This document shows, one piece after another, positions 22,731 to 35,058 of a DNA stretch of 64,000 nucleotides. The notes below the pieces were generated by a model. It was not told the origin of the DNA. It was given only the letters and a program-made list of their open reading frames with translations, and did not search any database. Position numbers and translations under genes: made by a program. The stretch's first letter is position 1. Every line of letters starts with the position of its first letter. The stretch is taken from the NCBI GenBank assembly GCA_965240325.2, contig OZ251243.1, positions 496,001 to 560,000 on the forward strand, in the 5' to 3' direction. Source of the stretch: Rebecca billardiae RCC1528 (taxonomy: Eukaryota; Protista; Haptophyta).

Positions 22731-25700
22731 ATGCCAATTGTGGGCACAGTAGTGAACAACCGGCCCGAGCCGGAGGCGCCGAAGCCGTCGCCGGTCGCGG
22801 CCGCCACCACCGAGGCGTCGCTCCTCCTGCTCGGCGCCGAGTGGGTGCTGAGCCGCGCGCTCGACGCGCCGACTGCCGCGCTGCTGCAGCAGCCGGCGCG
22901 AGCAGATGAGCACGCGCGCGCGGCGGCGGTGGCCGCGGCGGGGGCGATCGAGGCGGGCGCGCCGATCACTGGCTCGCTTATCACCTCCGCCGGCTCGGAG
23001 ATTGGCGCCGCGCGCGCCGCCGGCGCGCTGCTCGGCGCCGCGCTCGCGTGCGCGCCTGTGCGCGTGCTCGACACGCTCCGTGCGGGCGTCGGCTCCAAGA
23101 AGGAGGCGGCCGAGCGCGAGGCGGCGCTGCGCGGGCTGGCGTCGCTGCTCATGTACGGCGGCCCGTCCGTTGAGCCGTACGGCCCCGCCGCGCTCGTCGG
23201 CCTCCTGCTCGACGGCTTCGATGACGGCAAGGAGGAGGTGCGCGCGGCCGCGCGGCTTGGCGCTAAGGCGCTTGGCCACGCGCACTCAGGCCGCGCGATC
23301 CGGCTGTGCATGCGGCCGCTGTACCCCGCGCTCTCGCCGAGCGCGAAGTGGAAGACGAAGGTGGCTGCGCTCGGCCTCCTCTCCGCCGTCGCCGCTGAGA
23401 AGCCCGACGGCCTCGAGCACGAGCTGCCCGACCTGATGCCGCTGCTGATCGAAGCGCTGTCTGACACGAAGACGGCAGTGCAGGACGCGGCGACCGTGGC
23501 GCTCGCGGAGACGTGCGGGCTGGTGCGCACGCCGGAGACGGTGAAGCTGATGCCGCTCTTCCTCGCCGCGATCACCCACCCCGACAAGATGACCTCCACC
23601 GCGCTCGAGGCGCTGATGGACATTACTTTCTGCAACGCGCTCGGCTCCGACTCGCTCGCCGTGCTCGTGCCCGTGATGCTGCGCGGCCTGCGCACCGGGG
23701 AGGCGGAGCTGACCAAGTGCGCGTGCAAGGCGGCGTGCAACATGCTCTCGCTCGTCGCGTCGGCGGAGGTGATGACCCCCTTCGTCGAGCGCATGGTGCC
23801 CGAGCTCGAGAAGACCGAGAACCACGCGTACCCCGAGGTGCGCGAGCTGGGTGTTCGCTCGATGGCCGAGCTGCGCGCCGGGATCGAAGGCGCCGAGTCG
23901 CTCGCCGAGCAGCGCGCGCGCGCCAAGGCGGGGCGCGCGGAGGCGGAGGGCGCGATCAAGGGGCTGGGCGGCGCGGAGGCGCTCTCGCCCGAGGCGCGCG
24001 AGTACCTCGCCGCCGCCGCCGCGGGCGAGCCCGCCGGCCCGCTCTCGATCTGCGCGCCGGTGATGGCGCGTCATGAGTTTGGACTGTTCGCGCGGCGCGT
24101 GCTGCACGGCGCGCTCGACGGGCCCGCGCTCGACGCGGCGTGCGCGGGGCTGGAGCAGGCGTACGCGGGCGCGCACCACCGCGCGCTCGAGGGCGAGGAC
24201 GACGCGCACTCCGAGGACCTCATCGTCAACCTGCCCAACATCATCTGCGGCTTTGCCGGGCGCGTGCTGCTGCGGCGCGCGCACTTCCGGCTCGAGAAGG
24301 GGCAGATCTACGGTCTCGTCGGGCAGAACGGCGTGGGCAAGACGACGCTGCTCACGCGCATCGTGCAGCGCGACATCTACGGGTTCCCCGCCGAGCTGGG
24401 CTGCCACTACGTCGGCTGCCACGAGCTCGAGGCGTACCAGGAGCTGCCCGACACCGTCACGGAGTTCATGACGGCGGCCGCGCTCAAGACCGGGTGTGAC
24501 CCAGCGCTCGTCGGCAACGCTCTCTCGCACGCCGGCTTCGACGAGCGCCCCGACCTGCTGCACCAGAAGGTGAGCCAGCTCTCGGGCGGGTGGCGCATGA
24601 AGCTCGGCATCGCCAAGTCCGAGCTCTTCTCGCGCGACCTGCTGCTGCTCGACGAGTGCGCGCTCGCGAGGCGGCGGCGCCCCCGAGCGCCCGCGCCGCG
24701 CCGCGCCGCGCCACGCCACGCCGCCGCTCACCCGCGCGCCGCTCCCCGCCTCGCGGCGCGGCGCGCAGGCCGACAAACCACCTGGACCAGCCGTCGGTGC
24801 AGTGGCTGCAGGGCTACCTCAAGTCGCTCGGCGCGGAGGGCATCACCGTCTGCATCGTCTCGCACGACTATGACTTCCTCACGGAGGTTCTCACGCGTGT
24901 GATCAACTTTCACCAGCTCAAGCTCACGTACTATGCGTGCGGCTTCCAAGCGTTCCAGCAGGCGAACCCGCACATTGTCGCGGGGCTGCCGCACGTGAAC
25001 AAGTCCAAGTTCGCCGACAGCGCCGGCGCCGCGGACGCCGCCGCAGCCGCAGCCGCAGCCGCCGCCGAGGACGGCGCGGGCGCGGCGGGCGCGGGCGCGG
25101 GCGCGGCCGCTTCGCCCGGCGCGCCGCCCGGCTCGTCGCAGGCGGAGGGCGACGCGAGCACGGCTGACCCCGCCTCGGCGGGCGCGGAGGGCGCGGCGGC
25201 GCCGGCGAGCGAGCCGACGCGCAGCAGCGCAGGTGACGGCTTCATGCCCATCGTCTTCCCCGACCCGGGCAAGCTCGACGGCATCCGCTCGCGCACCAAG
25301 ACGGTGATGAAGATGACAGGCGTGTCTTTCCAGTACCCGTCCGCGACCGAGCCGCAGCTCACCAACGCGTGCTGCGCCGTCACGCTCGCGAGCCGCGTGG
25401 CGATCGTGGGCGCGAACGGCGCGGGCAAGACGACGCTGCTCAAGCTGATCGTCGGCGAGACGAACATCGGCGGCGGCACGTTCGACAAGCACGAGAACCT
25501 GCGCCTCTCGTACATCGCGCAGCACTCGATGCACCACGTGGAAGACTACTTGGACAAAAGCCCGGTGCAGTACATCATGCAGCGCTTCCAGGAGGGGATG
25601 GACAAGGAGATGGCCAAGTTCTCGACGATCCAGCTGACCGACGAGGAGCGCGAGGCGTCGAACGGGCCGATGGGCGTGCAGGACGTCATCGGCCGCGCCA

Positions 25701-26810
25701 ACCGCGCCGGCAAGCTCTGGTACGAGCTCGTCATTGTCGGGCGCAAGCCGGGCGACACCAAGTGGGAGCCGATGCAATTTATCGAGAAAATGCCGCCATA
25801 CGTCCTCAAGCTCGTGCGGCACTACGACGAGAAGCTCAAGGTGCGCACGCGCGCGGCACCGGCGGGCCTGCGCGCGCGCGTGCCCGCGCGCGGCACCGGC
25901 TGAGCACGCCGCGCCCCCTACCGTCCCCTCCCCTGCTCCCGCGCGCGGCCGCGCGCCCCGGCTGCCACCAGGCCCAGCAATCTGGCATGGAGGTCCGCCC
26001 CATCACCACCGTCGAGATCAAGAAGCACCTGTACGACTTTGGCATCGCGAACGGGCTGGAGGACGGCAAGATCAAGCGCATGTCGGGAGGGCAGAAGTGC
26101 CGCCTTGTCCTCGCCGCCGCGCTGTGGAGCATGCCGCACATCATCGCGCTGGTGCGTGCGCGCGCCACGCCACGCGGCGTGCGCGGCCTCGCCCGCGCGC
26201 ACGCGCGCGGAGCGCGCTTCTCGGCTCACGCGCGCCACGGCCGCGCGCGCACGCACCCCGGCCCGGCGTGCAGGACGAGCCGACCAACTACCTGGACAAC
26301 GACACGCTCGCGGCGCTCACCACGGCGCTGCAGAACTACAAGGGCGGCGTGATCACCATCTCGCACAACGCGCCCTTTGTGGAGGCAGTGTGCAACGAGC
26401 GCTGGACGGTGCGCGCGCGCGCGGCACGCGCGCAGCACGCCGCCCGGTCGCGAAGTGCCGCGCGCGGCGCGGGCCGCGCACTGGCTCACCGCGTGGCCCG
26501 TGACGGCGGCGCACGCGCGCGCCGGCCCGGCGCTGCTCGGCCGCAGGTGGCGAACGGCGAGGTCAAATGCGAGTCCTTCAAGGTGAAGCGCTCAAAAGAT
26601 TACTTCGACAAGAAGCGCGCGGGCTCGAACACCGACCTGGCGAGCATGGCCTCGGCCGGCTCGACCAACGACCTCACGTCGGTGGGGGGGTCGACCACGG
26701 ACTTGGCGTCCATGGACACGGCCGAGGGGGCACCCGACTCGGGGAAGAAGAACGGCTCGGCGAAGAAGCCGCCAAAGCCGCCAGCAAAGGACAAGAAGGG
26801 TAAGAAGTAG
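22731..26810 (+). CDS. eEF3/New1-like ABCF ATPase (HEAT + ABC1 + ABC2 with chromo-like insert); exons 22731-24655, 24769-25840, 25972-26151, 26274-26408, 26547-26810
   Basis: HEAT region (KWKTKVAAL...DTKTAV), GQNGVGKTT, LSGGWRMKL, LLDE/PTNHLD, GANGAGKTT, YIAQHSMHH, MSGGQKCRL, L/DEPTNYLD. All four introns are GT-AG and restore motifs. The start codon is uncertain. Confidence 0.9.
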
Positions 26811-27957
26811 CCTCCGGCCGTTCTTATATATGTGTGTGTATATACATATAGCTATACTTGTCGTTCGCGACTGACTCATATCATGATGTCGTGATGATGC
26901 GCCCGCGGCCGCTGATGATGATATGAGCCGGTCGCGCGGATCGGATGCGCAGCAGACCACTGCCACTGGCACTGACGACTGAGCAGACGCAGTCGTTGCT
27001 GTGCCGTGCGCGCGCGCTGCCGCTTATTCGCGCCAATGACGTATACCGCGCCAGTCCAGTGCTCCTCGCCGGGCAGTGTCGGCGAATTAATGAGTGGTCA
27101 TCTCTGCCCGCACGAGCTGAGACTGTCCCGTGTCCGGGGCGCCGCTGGCAGCACGCGGCCCGGCGCGGCCAGCTGCGCGAATGAGAGGTGCTCGCCTGCA
27201 CGTGCTACGTGGTCAAAGCACGCTGGGTGTGGACCAGGGACACAGAGTGTACTACGTGCATGCGCACCACGCTCGAATTTATTGCGTGCGCGGAGCGGCG
27301 CTGTGCGTGCACGAGGCCCCATGCTGGTGCATGCGAGACTGCTAGTTTCTAGTCAGGTCTGTGCACGATCCGGCGATGGCCGGCCGCGCGAGCGCGCGCG
27401 TGCGCGACACAGCACACTTGCGGGAGAGCCGTGGGTCTGCGCAGACGCGGCTGCTTCCCGACCGTGCGCCACGAGCGAGAGAGTCGCCCCGGTGCGCTCG
27501 TCACGGCGTGAGCGGGCGTGCAATCACGTAGCCAGCGAAGCGGACGCTTAAAGTTGAAAGCCGAGTAATAATAGCGGCTGATGAGTATTACTGCGCGCGG
27601 CTACTGCCACAGTGAGTACTGCGCTGAGTCACAGTGACCGCGCCCGTGGCCGTGCGCCAGTGCCAGCGCATCATACGACTAAGCTGAGACTACTACTACC
27701 AATATGCTGAGCGTCACTGATGAGCGCCACTGCGGCGCTGCCCATCATGCGCGCATTCTAACTTACTGTAGGCATATGGGCGCGGTGGCGGGCGCCATGT
27801 AGCAGTATTGATTCGTAGTCGCCGTTCATCTATCCAGCATCATCAGTATTGTACTGCGCTCGATCATTGTCTGCATCGCCCGGTCATTGTCCTCATGTCC
27901 TGGCTGCTGCTGATGACTCGTGCGTGCCGTCGACACCATCGTCATCTATCAGCACTA

Positions 27958-30159
27958 TCATGAGATGATTCGATTATCGCGCTGCTTGTGCCAAAGCGGG
28001 GTCGCCTCGCCACTGCTCGCGGACGTGCTCAGGCTTGAGGTGGGCGAGGAGGCAGCCGACCAGATGGATCGCGCCGGCAGCGCAGAGCCACCGCGCACGG
28101 CGCGAAAGCGTGGGGCGCCCTCAGCCGAGCGCCCCGTGGCGTCGCGCGCCGCGCTCTGCGGATGCGCGCGGCCAGTGCGGCCGGCATGAACGGCGCCGCT
28201 GCCGACGGGAGCCAAGAATGCTGCCACTCGCTCATCCACGCCCTTGGGGGGGGCATCGAGCGTGAGCAGCCTAGGCGTCACCGCCCGAGGCGAGCGGAGC
28301 GGCGTGGGAGATGGCGTGCGCGCGGGCGAGCGCAGCGCGCGCACGGTGCGCGCGGTTGAAGCGGGCGTGCTCGGCTGCGAAACAGGCGAGCGCACGTCCT
28401 GCGACAGCTGCGCTTCTGCGCCGCGTGCGGTCTCGGTGCGCTCGAGCTCATACGCCAGACCAGCCGTCGCCGGTCTGCGCTCACCCTCCGCGCGCGTTTG
28501 CGCCACGGCGGTGAGCGGCCGCTCATCGCGCCGCCGCTCCGACGCGCCAGGCTCGCGCACTTTGCGAGCTACCCGCCGCTTCGCCCGGCGGGCATGGGAT
28601 GTGTCGGCGCTGTCGGGTGTGGACGGTTGCACGCTCTCGGCGGGCGGCGCGTGGCCGTGCATGAGAATGGCGTCGACCGTGCGCATGTACGCGCCACTCA
28701 GCGCGTCGTAACGCCAGCCGACGGCGCGGTGCTCGCTGCCCTTGGCATGCTCGCCACTCCCATCCCTGATGCCAGCATCTGGAGGCGCGTGCGGCGTGCC
28801 CGTGCCCGGCGTGGCCTCGTTGCACTCCGGCGCCGGCGCCGCGGGCGCAGCCCACGCGCGTGTGGCAGCGGCGTTGACCTTCTCGGGCGGCATCAGCCTG
28901 CGGCTCGCGTTGAGCCGCGTCATCCACGCGTCCCACCGCCGCGCCTGCAGCGCCACGAAGTGCTCAATCGCGGCGACACTCGTGCTGCGGTACATGTCGG
29001 TCCGGTTGATCAGGATGACCTCGGTCTCGTCGGCGGTGAGCACGGAGTACGGCGCGGTGCGCACGGCGCGGTCGACGACGCCGAGTACGGCGCCGCGCGC
29101 GTACACGCCGACGTCGCGCCCGCCCACTTCGGCTTGCCCGTACTCCGTCTGCACGCGCACGCTCACGGCGCCGTGCTTCACGACGAGCAGAGTGTCCGCG
29201 CTCTCGCCCTGCCTCAGCAGCTCGTGCCCGCCGCCGATCGCCGCGGTCTTGAGCGTGTACTGCAGCTGCACGAGGTCGCGGTGCTCGAAAAGCGCGAACT
29301 CGGGCAGCGAGCTCAGCAGATCCACGTTGATGTTCGCCCGCTGCGCCGCGACCTTGCGCAGCAGCCGAGCGAAGTGGTTGCGATGGATCGTCACGACGAG
29401 CACGTCGTCGAGCGCGACCGCGGAAGCGGCGCGCGGCTGCGCGTACAGCAGCGCCAGCTCGCCGAAGAGCTCGTCGGTGGAGCACGTGGTGAGTTGCTGG
29501 CCGTACAGCATGCGCGCGAGCCCACCGTTGAACCCTCCCGGCGGCGCGATGCTCGCGCGCTTGCCGACCACGCTGGAGCGCACTCGCGGCTGCCCTCCGA
29601 CCACCGAGAGGCGGCCGGCACTCTTCCGCGTGCTGCCGCCCGCCACCATGCGCGTCGAGCTGCGCCGCTTGCTCGAGGCGTCGGCGGCGTGCTGACGCTT
29701 GCTCTCGCCGTTCGGCTGGTCCGTCGCGCTCTTTCGGTAGATCCCCACCGTGCCCGAGATCACGATGTAGATGTTCTCGCCCATCTCGCCCTGTTCGAAC
29801 AGGCACTGCATCGGGGCGAATGCCGAGAGCTTCATCGCGCGGCAGAACATGGAGAGCCACCCGGGCTGAGAGCGCCGCGCGCGGTCGAGCCGCTCGTCAC
29901 GAATGTCGATGCCGCGCGCCCACTCGGTCAGCACGTGCATCTCCTCGTCGGCGCGCGCCTGCGGCTCAAGCCGAAGCGCGGACAGCAACGCGGCGCGGTC
30001 GACACTCGGCTTTGGCGGCGTGGCGTCGTCGGACTTCTTCTTGCCCTCGCGCTCGTCGAGGGCGTAGCACGCTGTCCAGATGGGCACGCGTGCCTGCGCG
30101 CGCACCACCGCGGCTTTCCGGCTCTCCTTGGGCGCGCGCGTGCGGCCGTGCGTCGTCAT
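27958..30159 (-). CDS. Cyclic-nucleotide-binding protein with two cNMP-binding domains
   Basis: LFEQGEMGENIYIVISGTV...FGELALLYAQPRAASAVA; a second, more degenerate domain LLRQGESADTLLVVKHGAV. Confidence 0.85.
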   Translation of the reverse strand: MTTHGRTRAPKESRKAAVVRAQARVPIWTACYALDEREGKKKSDDATPPKPSVDRAALLSALRLEPQARADEEMHVLTEWARGIDIRDERLDRARRSQPGWLSMFCRAMKLSAFAPMQCLFEQGEMGENIYIVISGTVGIYRKSATDQPNGESKRQHAADASSKRRSSTRMVAGGSTRKSAGRLSVVGGQPRVRSSVVGKRASIAPPGGFNGGLARMLYGQQLTTCSTDELFGELALLYAQPRAASAVALDDVLVVTIHRNHFARLLRKVAAQRANINVDLLSSLPEFALFEHRDLVQLQYTLKTAAIGGGHELLRQGESADTLLVVKHGAVSVRVQTEYGQAEVGGRDVGVYARGAVLGVVDRAVRTAPYSVLTADETEVILINRTDMYRSTSVAAIEHFVALQARRWDAWMTRLNASRRLMPPEKVNAAATRAWAAPAAPAPECNEATPGTGTPHAPPDAGIRDGSGEHAKGSEHRAVGWRYDALSGAYMRTVDAILMHGHAPPAESVQPSTPDSADTSHARRAKRRVARKVREPGASERRRDERPLTAVAQTRAEGERRPATAGLAYELERTETARGAEAQLSQDVRSPVSQPSTPASTARTVRALRSPARTPSPTPLRSPRAVTPRLLTLDAPPKGVDERVAAFLAPVGSGAVHAGRTGRAHPQSAARDATGRSAEGAPRFRAVRGGSALPARSIWSAASSPTSSLSTSASSGEATPLWHKQRDNRIIS

Positions 30160-30388
30160 CGCGGCAACCTTCACGGTTGTGGTGCGGCTGGCCTTTCGCG
30201 CGCTTTCTGGGCCGGCCTTCCAGATTTCCGGTGGACGTGGTTTAGTAGTCCGGGAGAGGTGTGTGAGTTCCGAGTTGAGGCCTCAGCGCCGTCGCCAGCT
30301 GCAGGGCTGGCGTCTGGGCGTCAAAGTCTCAAAGCGCCCGGCCCCCCGCGCGGCTCGCCGCCTCGCCCGTGCGTTCAGCGCAGACATC

Positions 30389-30905
30389 ATGATGTTCGCC
30401 GCGTCGCGGGCATTCGCACAGCGCGTGCGCACGCCGGCGGTGCTCAACCCGGCGCTGCTGGCGCGTGGGCTGTGCGGCGTCACCATCGACAAGACCTGCC
30501 GCGTGTACTCGTGCAAGGTGAAGGACGACGCGCAGGCGCACCAGCTCGACCTGCTGATGGACGAGTTCATCGAGAACGTCGAGAACCTCGAGGGGTACGC
30601 AGGCGCGGCGCGGCTGGTGTGCAAGAGCGAGTGGGACTACAAGCTGATCATCAAGTTCGAGAACCTTGACGCGCTCAAGGACTTCATGGCGAATACGCAG
30701 CCCGACCTCTCGCAGAACTTCACCCCGCGCATCTCTGCGCTGATCGGCGGTAACGTGCACGAGCAGAACTTCGTCTGTGCGCGCCGCGCGGGCGCGCCTC
30801 GGCGTCTGCGCACGGCGCAGGCCGGCGCGAGATTTCCACGCGCCTGTCGTTCACCGCGACCCTGCGCGCTTGCTGCGCACTCCCGCAGACGACGACATCG
30901 AATAG
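30389..30905 (+). CDS. Small protein, probably mitochondrion-targeted, dimeric alpha/beta-barrel-like; exons 30389-30776, 30889-30905
   Basis: Arg/Ala-rich presequence MMFAASRAFAQRVR; core GYAGAARLVCKSEWDYKLIIKFENLDALKDFM. Splicing gives HEQNFVYDDIE*. Confidence 0.75.
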
Positions 30906-33011
30906 GCAGGCCAAGGGCGATGCCTCGCGCAGCCTAGAGCCCAGCAGTGGCAACAGCTCAGCGCACACGCCACGCCACGGTCGCGCACGCGGTGCGAGCG
31001 GCGTGCATGGGGTAGCAGCCGAGTGCGTCTGCGAATGCCGGCATCACTCAGAAGGGTGGCCCCGCAGACGAGCGTCCAACGACGCCCGGCCCGCACCGTC
31101 CGAGTCTGGTGGCACCAAGACTGCCGGTCGTTGCCGGCGGTCAGCTCGGCGCGGAGGCTGTTGCCGGCTGCCCGGTGGCGAGAGTGCATCGGAGCCGTAT
31201 CCATCTATCTACTACTCTGTACTGTGCACAACGGCAGTCTCAGCACCCTCCTCATCACCACGGGCCGCATCGTGGCGTGGGCATGCTGGGCGGATGACCA
31301 CTTCACGAGCTGAGACGTCGCGGTCCGTAGTGAGAATAGTGACTAGTCACTCAGACTAGTGTCCGGTACGGTGATAGTGTGATACTATCTCTACTAGTGA
31401 ACTTATGATTCACCGTCTGACGCCGTAACTCGTTCGTAAGTCAGACTTCGCCGCAGCTACTTGCCGCCTGGTTTATTATGATGATGGCCCGCGGTGCAGG
31501 GCGGAGCGCGTAGCGAGTCACCGAGCGTGGAGCCCCGCCGGGGGCCCTCACTACGTCTACGTTGTCAAAAAGATCTGTTGATCAAAGAAAAGGGCATGGG
31601 GGACGACGATTTTGAGGGCTGTTGGAGGGTGAGTTTTCGATTTTTTTTGAGGGGGGGTATTGCTGTCCATATCACAGCTTAAAAGGCCGCGCCCGCTCCA
31701 ATTCGTGTATCTACTATGGACGGACGTGGGATCAGATACCGGACCCCGGGGGTGAAACAAGTGAACGAAAGCAGTAAGCACGTTTTGACTACAGTGGTCA
31801 GTTGTATTGCCGTTTTCAGTAGTATGGGTCAAGAATATTCATATTGCCGCTTTTTATTGATGATAAGTGATGCATGTGTCAACAATATTTCCACCCTCAA
31901 AACTGGTTTCAAACGAATGACCCTTCACACTACAGTTTACTATAAGAATAAGAGACGCACACAGCTCAGGCAGGCGAGATTGACGCCCGGCCAACTGTCA
32001 CCGCCCATGAAGCCGTCGCCGATGGTAGCGCCGCCGGAAAAAATCGTTCAGCCGTCCGCCTGCGAGGCCTGGATGAGGGCTGCGTGACTTGGTCGCCAGT
32101 CCGGGACCGACCGGACCCAGACCCAGGGCCGGACGTGTTTTTTTAAAAGTGCATGTGCACGGGGGTCCTACGACAGTTGATTTGTTTTAAACTTGGTTCA
32201 AGAATATTGCCGTTTTCGAGCTTGAACATATATAGTCGTCTGCTCAGCATGCAGAAATATTGCCCTTTCCGGAACTATGTGTCATCAGTTGCCTATTGCC
32301 GCCAGCAGCTGGTGGCTGGGGCACGCCGGCACTCGCACTCAGACATTGATTACATAAAATGCCGAGTCACTCTATTAAGCTATAGTGAGACTCGCGCAGC
32401 CCGTGCCTAGTGCGCATGCGTGACACAGCTGCGACTGCCTGCACGCGGCATGCATGATACGCTACTGCAACCAACCGACATGCCACCATCATGCGGCCTG
32501 CGTAGCTAGCTCATCTTGACTTCCAGTAGCAGTCAGCGCTTGCCGTCGCCGCCGGCGGCGGCCGCCAGTGCCATCTGCCATCTGGACTGCCGCTACTTCA
32601 GCGGCCGCGTGAGCCGCATCGCGTCCCGTGCCGCTGCACGCGCCGCCTTAAGCTGCGATCGCGCTCGGCGAGCCTGCCACTCGGGTTCCAGCAGCAGCAG
32701 GAAGCGTCGCCTGCGCCGCCTGCTTGCTGGCTCGTCGAGGCGCGCGCGGCGCACCGCCGCCGACTCACTGACCGCCCGCCGGTCGTTGCGTTGAGTCCCA
32801 GCTGGCAGTACGCCTTGGACTTCCTCCTCCACGGGCCAATCAGCCTGCGTTGACGAGTGCAATTGGCGCACGGCCACCCACCTGCACAAGTTCGGCCACA
32901 GGGCAGTCTGCTGTTGGAGTGATGACATCAATCGCGGGCCTGTTGCAAATTGAATAAATACCAACAAATATGTGACGGCGACATCCCAGTGGGAATCCGT
33001 GTGACGCCCGG

Positions 33012-33152
33012 TTGGATGCAGAGTGTTCTCGACGAGGATGGCGTCTGGACCGCGGGGAACGCGATCGCTGCACCCCTGAGGTTGTCGTGAGTGCAGCAAT
33101 CCACTTGCGCCAGGCTGGGGCGTGACCTACGTCGAGAACACTCTGCATCCAA
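33012..33152. other. 141-nt fold-back with a 23-bp perfect stem
   Basis: TTGGATGCAGAGTGTTCTCGACG (33012-33034) pairs with CGTCGAGAACACTCTGCATCCAA (33130-33152). Confidence 0.85.
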
Positions 33153-35058
33153 GTGGGCACCCCCTCATGTCCAAGCAGAAGCAGAAGCTCTCCGCGCGCG
33201 GTCGACGCGGCAAGAAAGCTCAGAAGGGCTGGAGCTCAAGATTCAGCGCATGCTGCAGCCCGCAAGACGCGTGAGGAGGCGGGCACGAGGCGCTACGCAA
33301 GTCCCGGTCGACCTCGATCTCATCGTCCGAGTCCTCAGCTCCAGCGCCGGCCTTCCGCTGGAGCTGCGCCGTCACGTCGTGCGACGTGCCAGTCGTTGAG
33401 CTCGCTGAAGATGGGGCGGAGCGCGCAGGGACCGGATGTCGGGCGCATGTTGCGCGGGAGCGCGGCACGGCACGGTGCGCACGAGCACGGCCAGCGACAC
33501 ACCCACACGCGACCCGCCTGGTCGATGCGCAGGTTGTGGAAGCTCTTCCGGCTTGAGTGCGGGCGCGCTTCTCGTCGCGCGTCGCCGGGTCGATTGTGTC
33601 GTACCCCGGAAAGTCGCGGTGATCTCGGCGTAGGGTACCACCACACGATCGCGCGTCCTCGCGAGCTGCGCGCGCGTGCGGTTCATAATCAGCTCCGAGC
33701 CGCCCAGCTCCGTGTTCATCTGCTTGGCCGTCCCCAGCCAGCCCGCGATCTCCTCGGTGAAGCTGATAATGCGGGGCGCCCTCCTCGAGCGCCGCCGAGG
33801 CCCGAGCGCATCAGCTCCGGGTTGACACTGGCTCGCAGAGCGCTTCCTGGACGACCAGCAGCGACGCGTGGCACTCATTGAGCCCGGTCACAACGGGGCC
33901 ATCCCAGCCGTGGATGACGCCGGCGGCAACTAGTCTGATGACAGTGAATCCTACGAGTACTATCTCATTCTCTTGCAGTACTGTCCTGTTGAGCACCGTT
34001 CGGACACTGCGCCGTAAGCTTCTACTGATCCTCGACGCTTACCTCTAGACCCCGACACTGCTTTGGGGGCGTCTGGGGACTGATCGTGGCTGGCACCGAG
34101 GTGGTCGACTTCATCTACTTGGCTGGCGCACCTTCGACTCCTCCAATACCCAGTAGAAGTACCGCGAGCTCTCGTGGTGGCACTCCGAGGAGCGCTGCAC
34201 CGCAAGGCGAGCGCAGATTGCAGATGGTGATTGCGAGCGCGCCCGCGGGCGAGACTACGCACAACTCGAGCACGATGGGGAAGGCGTTGAGGAAGATCCC
34301 GGTCGTTCTCTCGGCCGCAGACCACAGCATGATTCTCGACCAGATGGCTGAGCGCGCCGACGCGCTCGATCACAACTCGTGTCGGCACTGCACGCGGACG
34401 GCGTCGACGAGTGTCGACCTGACTGCCGAGCGTGCCGTGACTGTATAGCATGCAGCGTGGCGCACACTCTGTCTAGAACCGTAGGCAAGCGTCGACGCGC
34501 GTCGTCTGGTGCGACGCGCGCCTCCTGAGCGCCTCCCGTGGCCGCCGCCGCAGCGCGGCAGCGGCCATCATGAAAAAAATTCGCTCGCCGAAATTCCCTC
34601 CGATGTCGCGTTTGGTCTCACTTCAAAATGCAACAAGCCCGCGAGAAGGCACGCGCGAGCAGTGTTGCACGAGCGAGAGAGCGCGACGCGCGTTGGTTGA
34701 TCGCCACGGTATGAATGACAGTTGATGGCAGGCAGTGAGGGGGACACGCGTCGCATTGACCAAGCTCCTCGAGACCGTTGAAGAGCACAGTAGCACACGC
34801 CTATCGTGCACGTTCGACTCCAGCGAATCGGGGCGCGGCAACTCACGCTCACCCTGCTTCACGCATGCACCTGCATGCGCTGCCGTCGCAATGTCTCTGG
34901 GTCGACTGCGCGTCAGGCTTCGCCTATGATCTCTACATTCACTGCGTCTGCACGTGCATGCCGCACGAGGCGCATCGTCGACCGTCCGACGCTGCAGAGC
35001 GGGACTCTGCCTCTGGAGTCCGTGGAGCCAATTCACGGGCAATTGGTGGCATCACGAT

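Noticed and set aside
28498-30669. Long antisense or alternate-frame ORFs (e.g. 723 aa here, 485 and 496 aa opposite eEF3)
   Set aside because: Shadow ORFs expected at very high GC; Arg/Ala-rich with no motifs, and overlapping better-supported genes.
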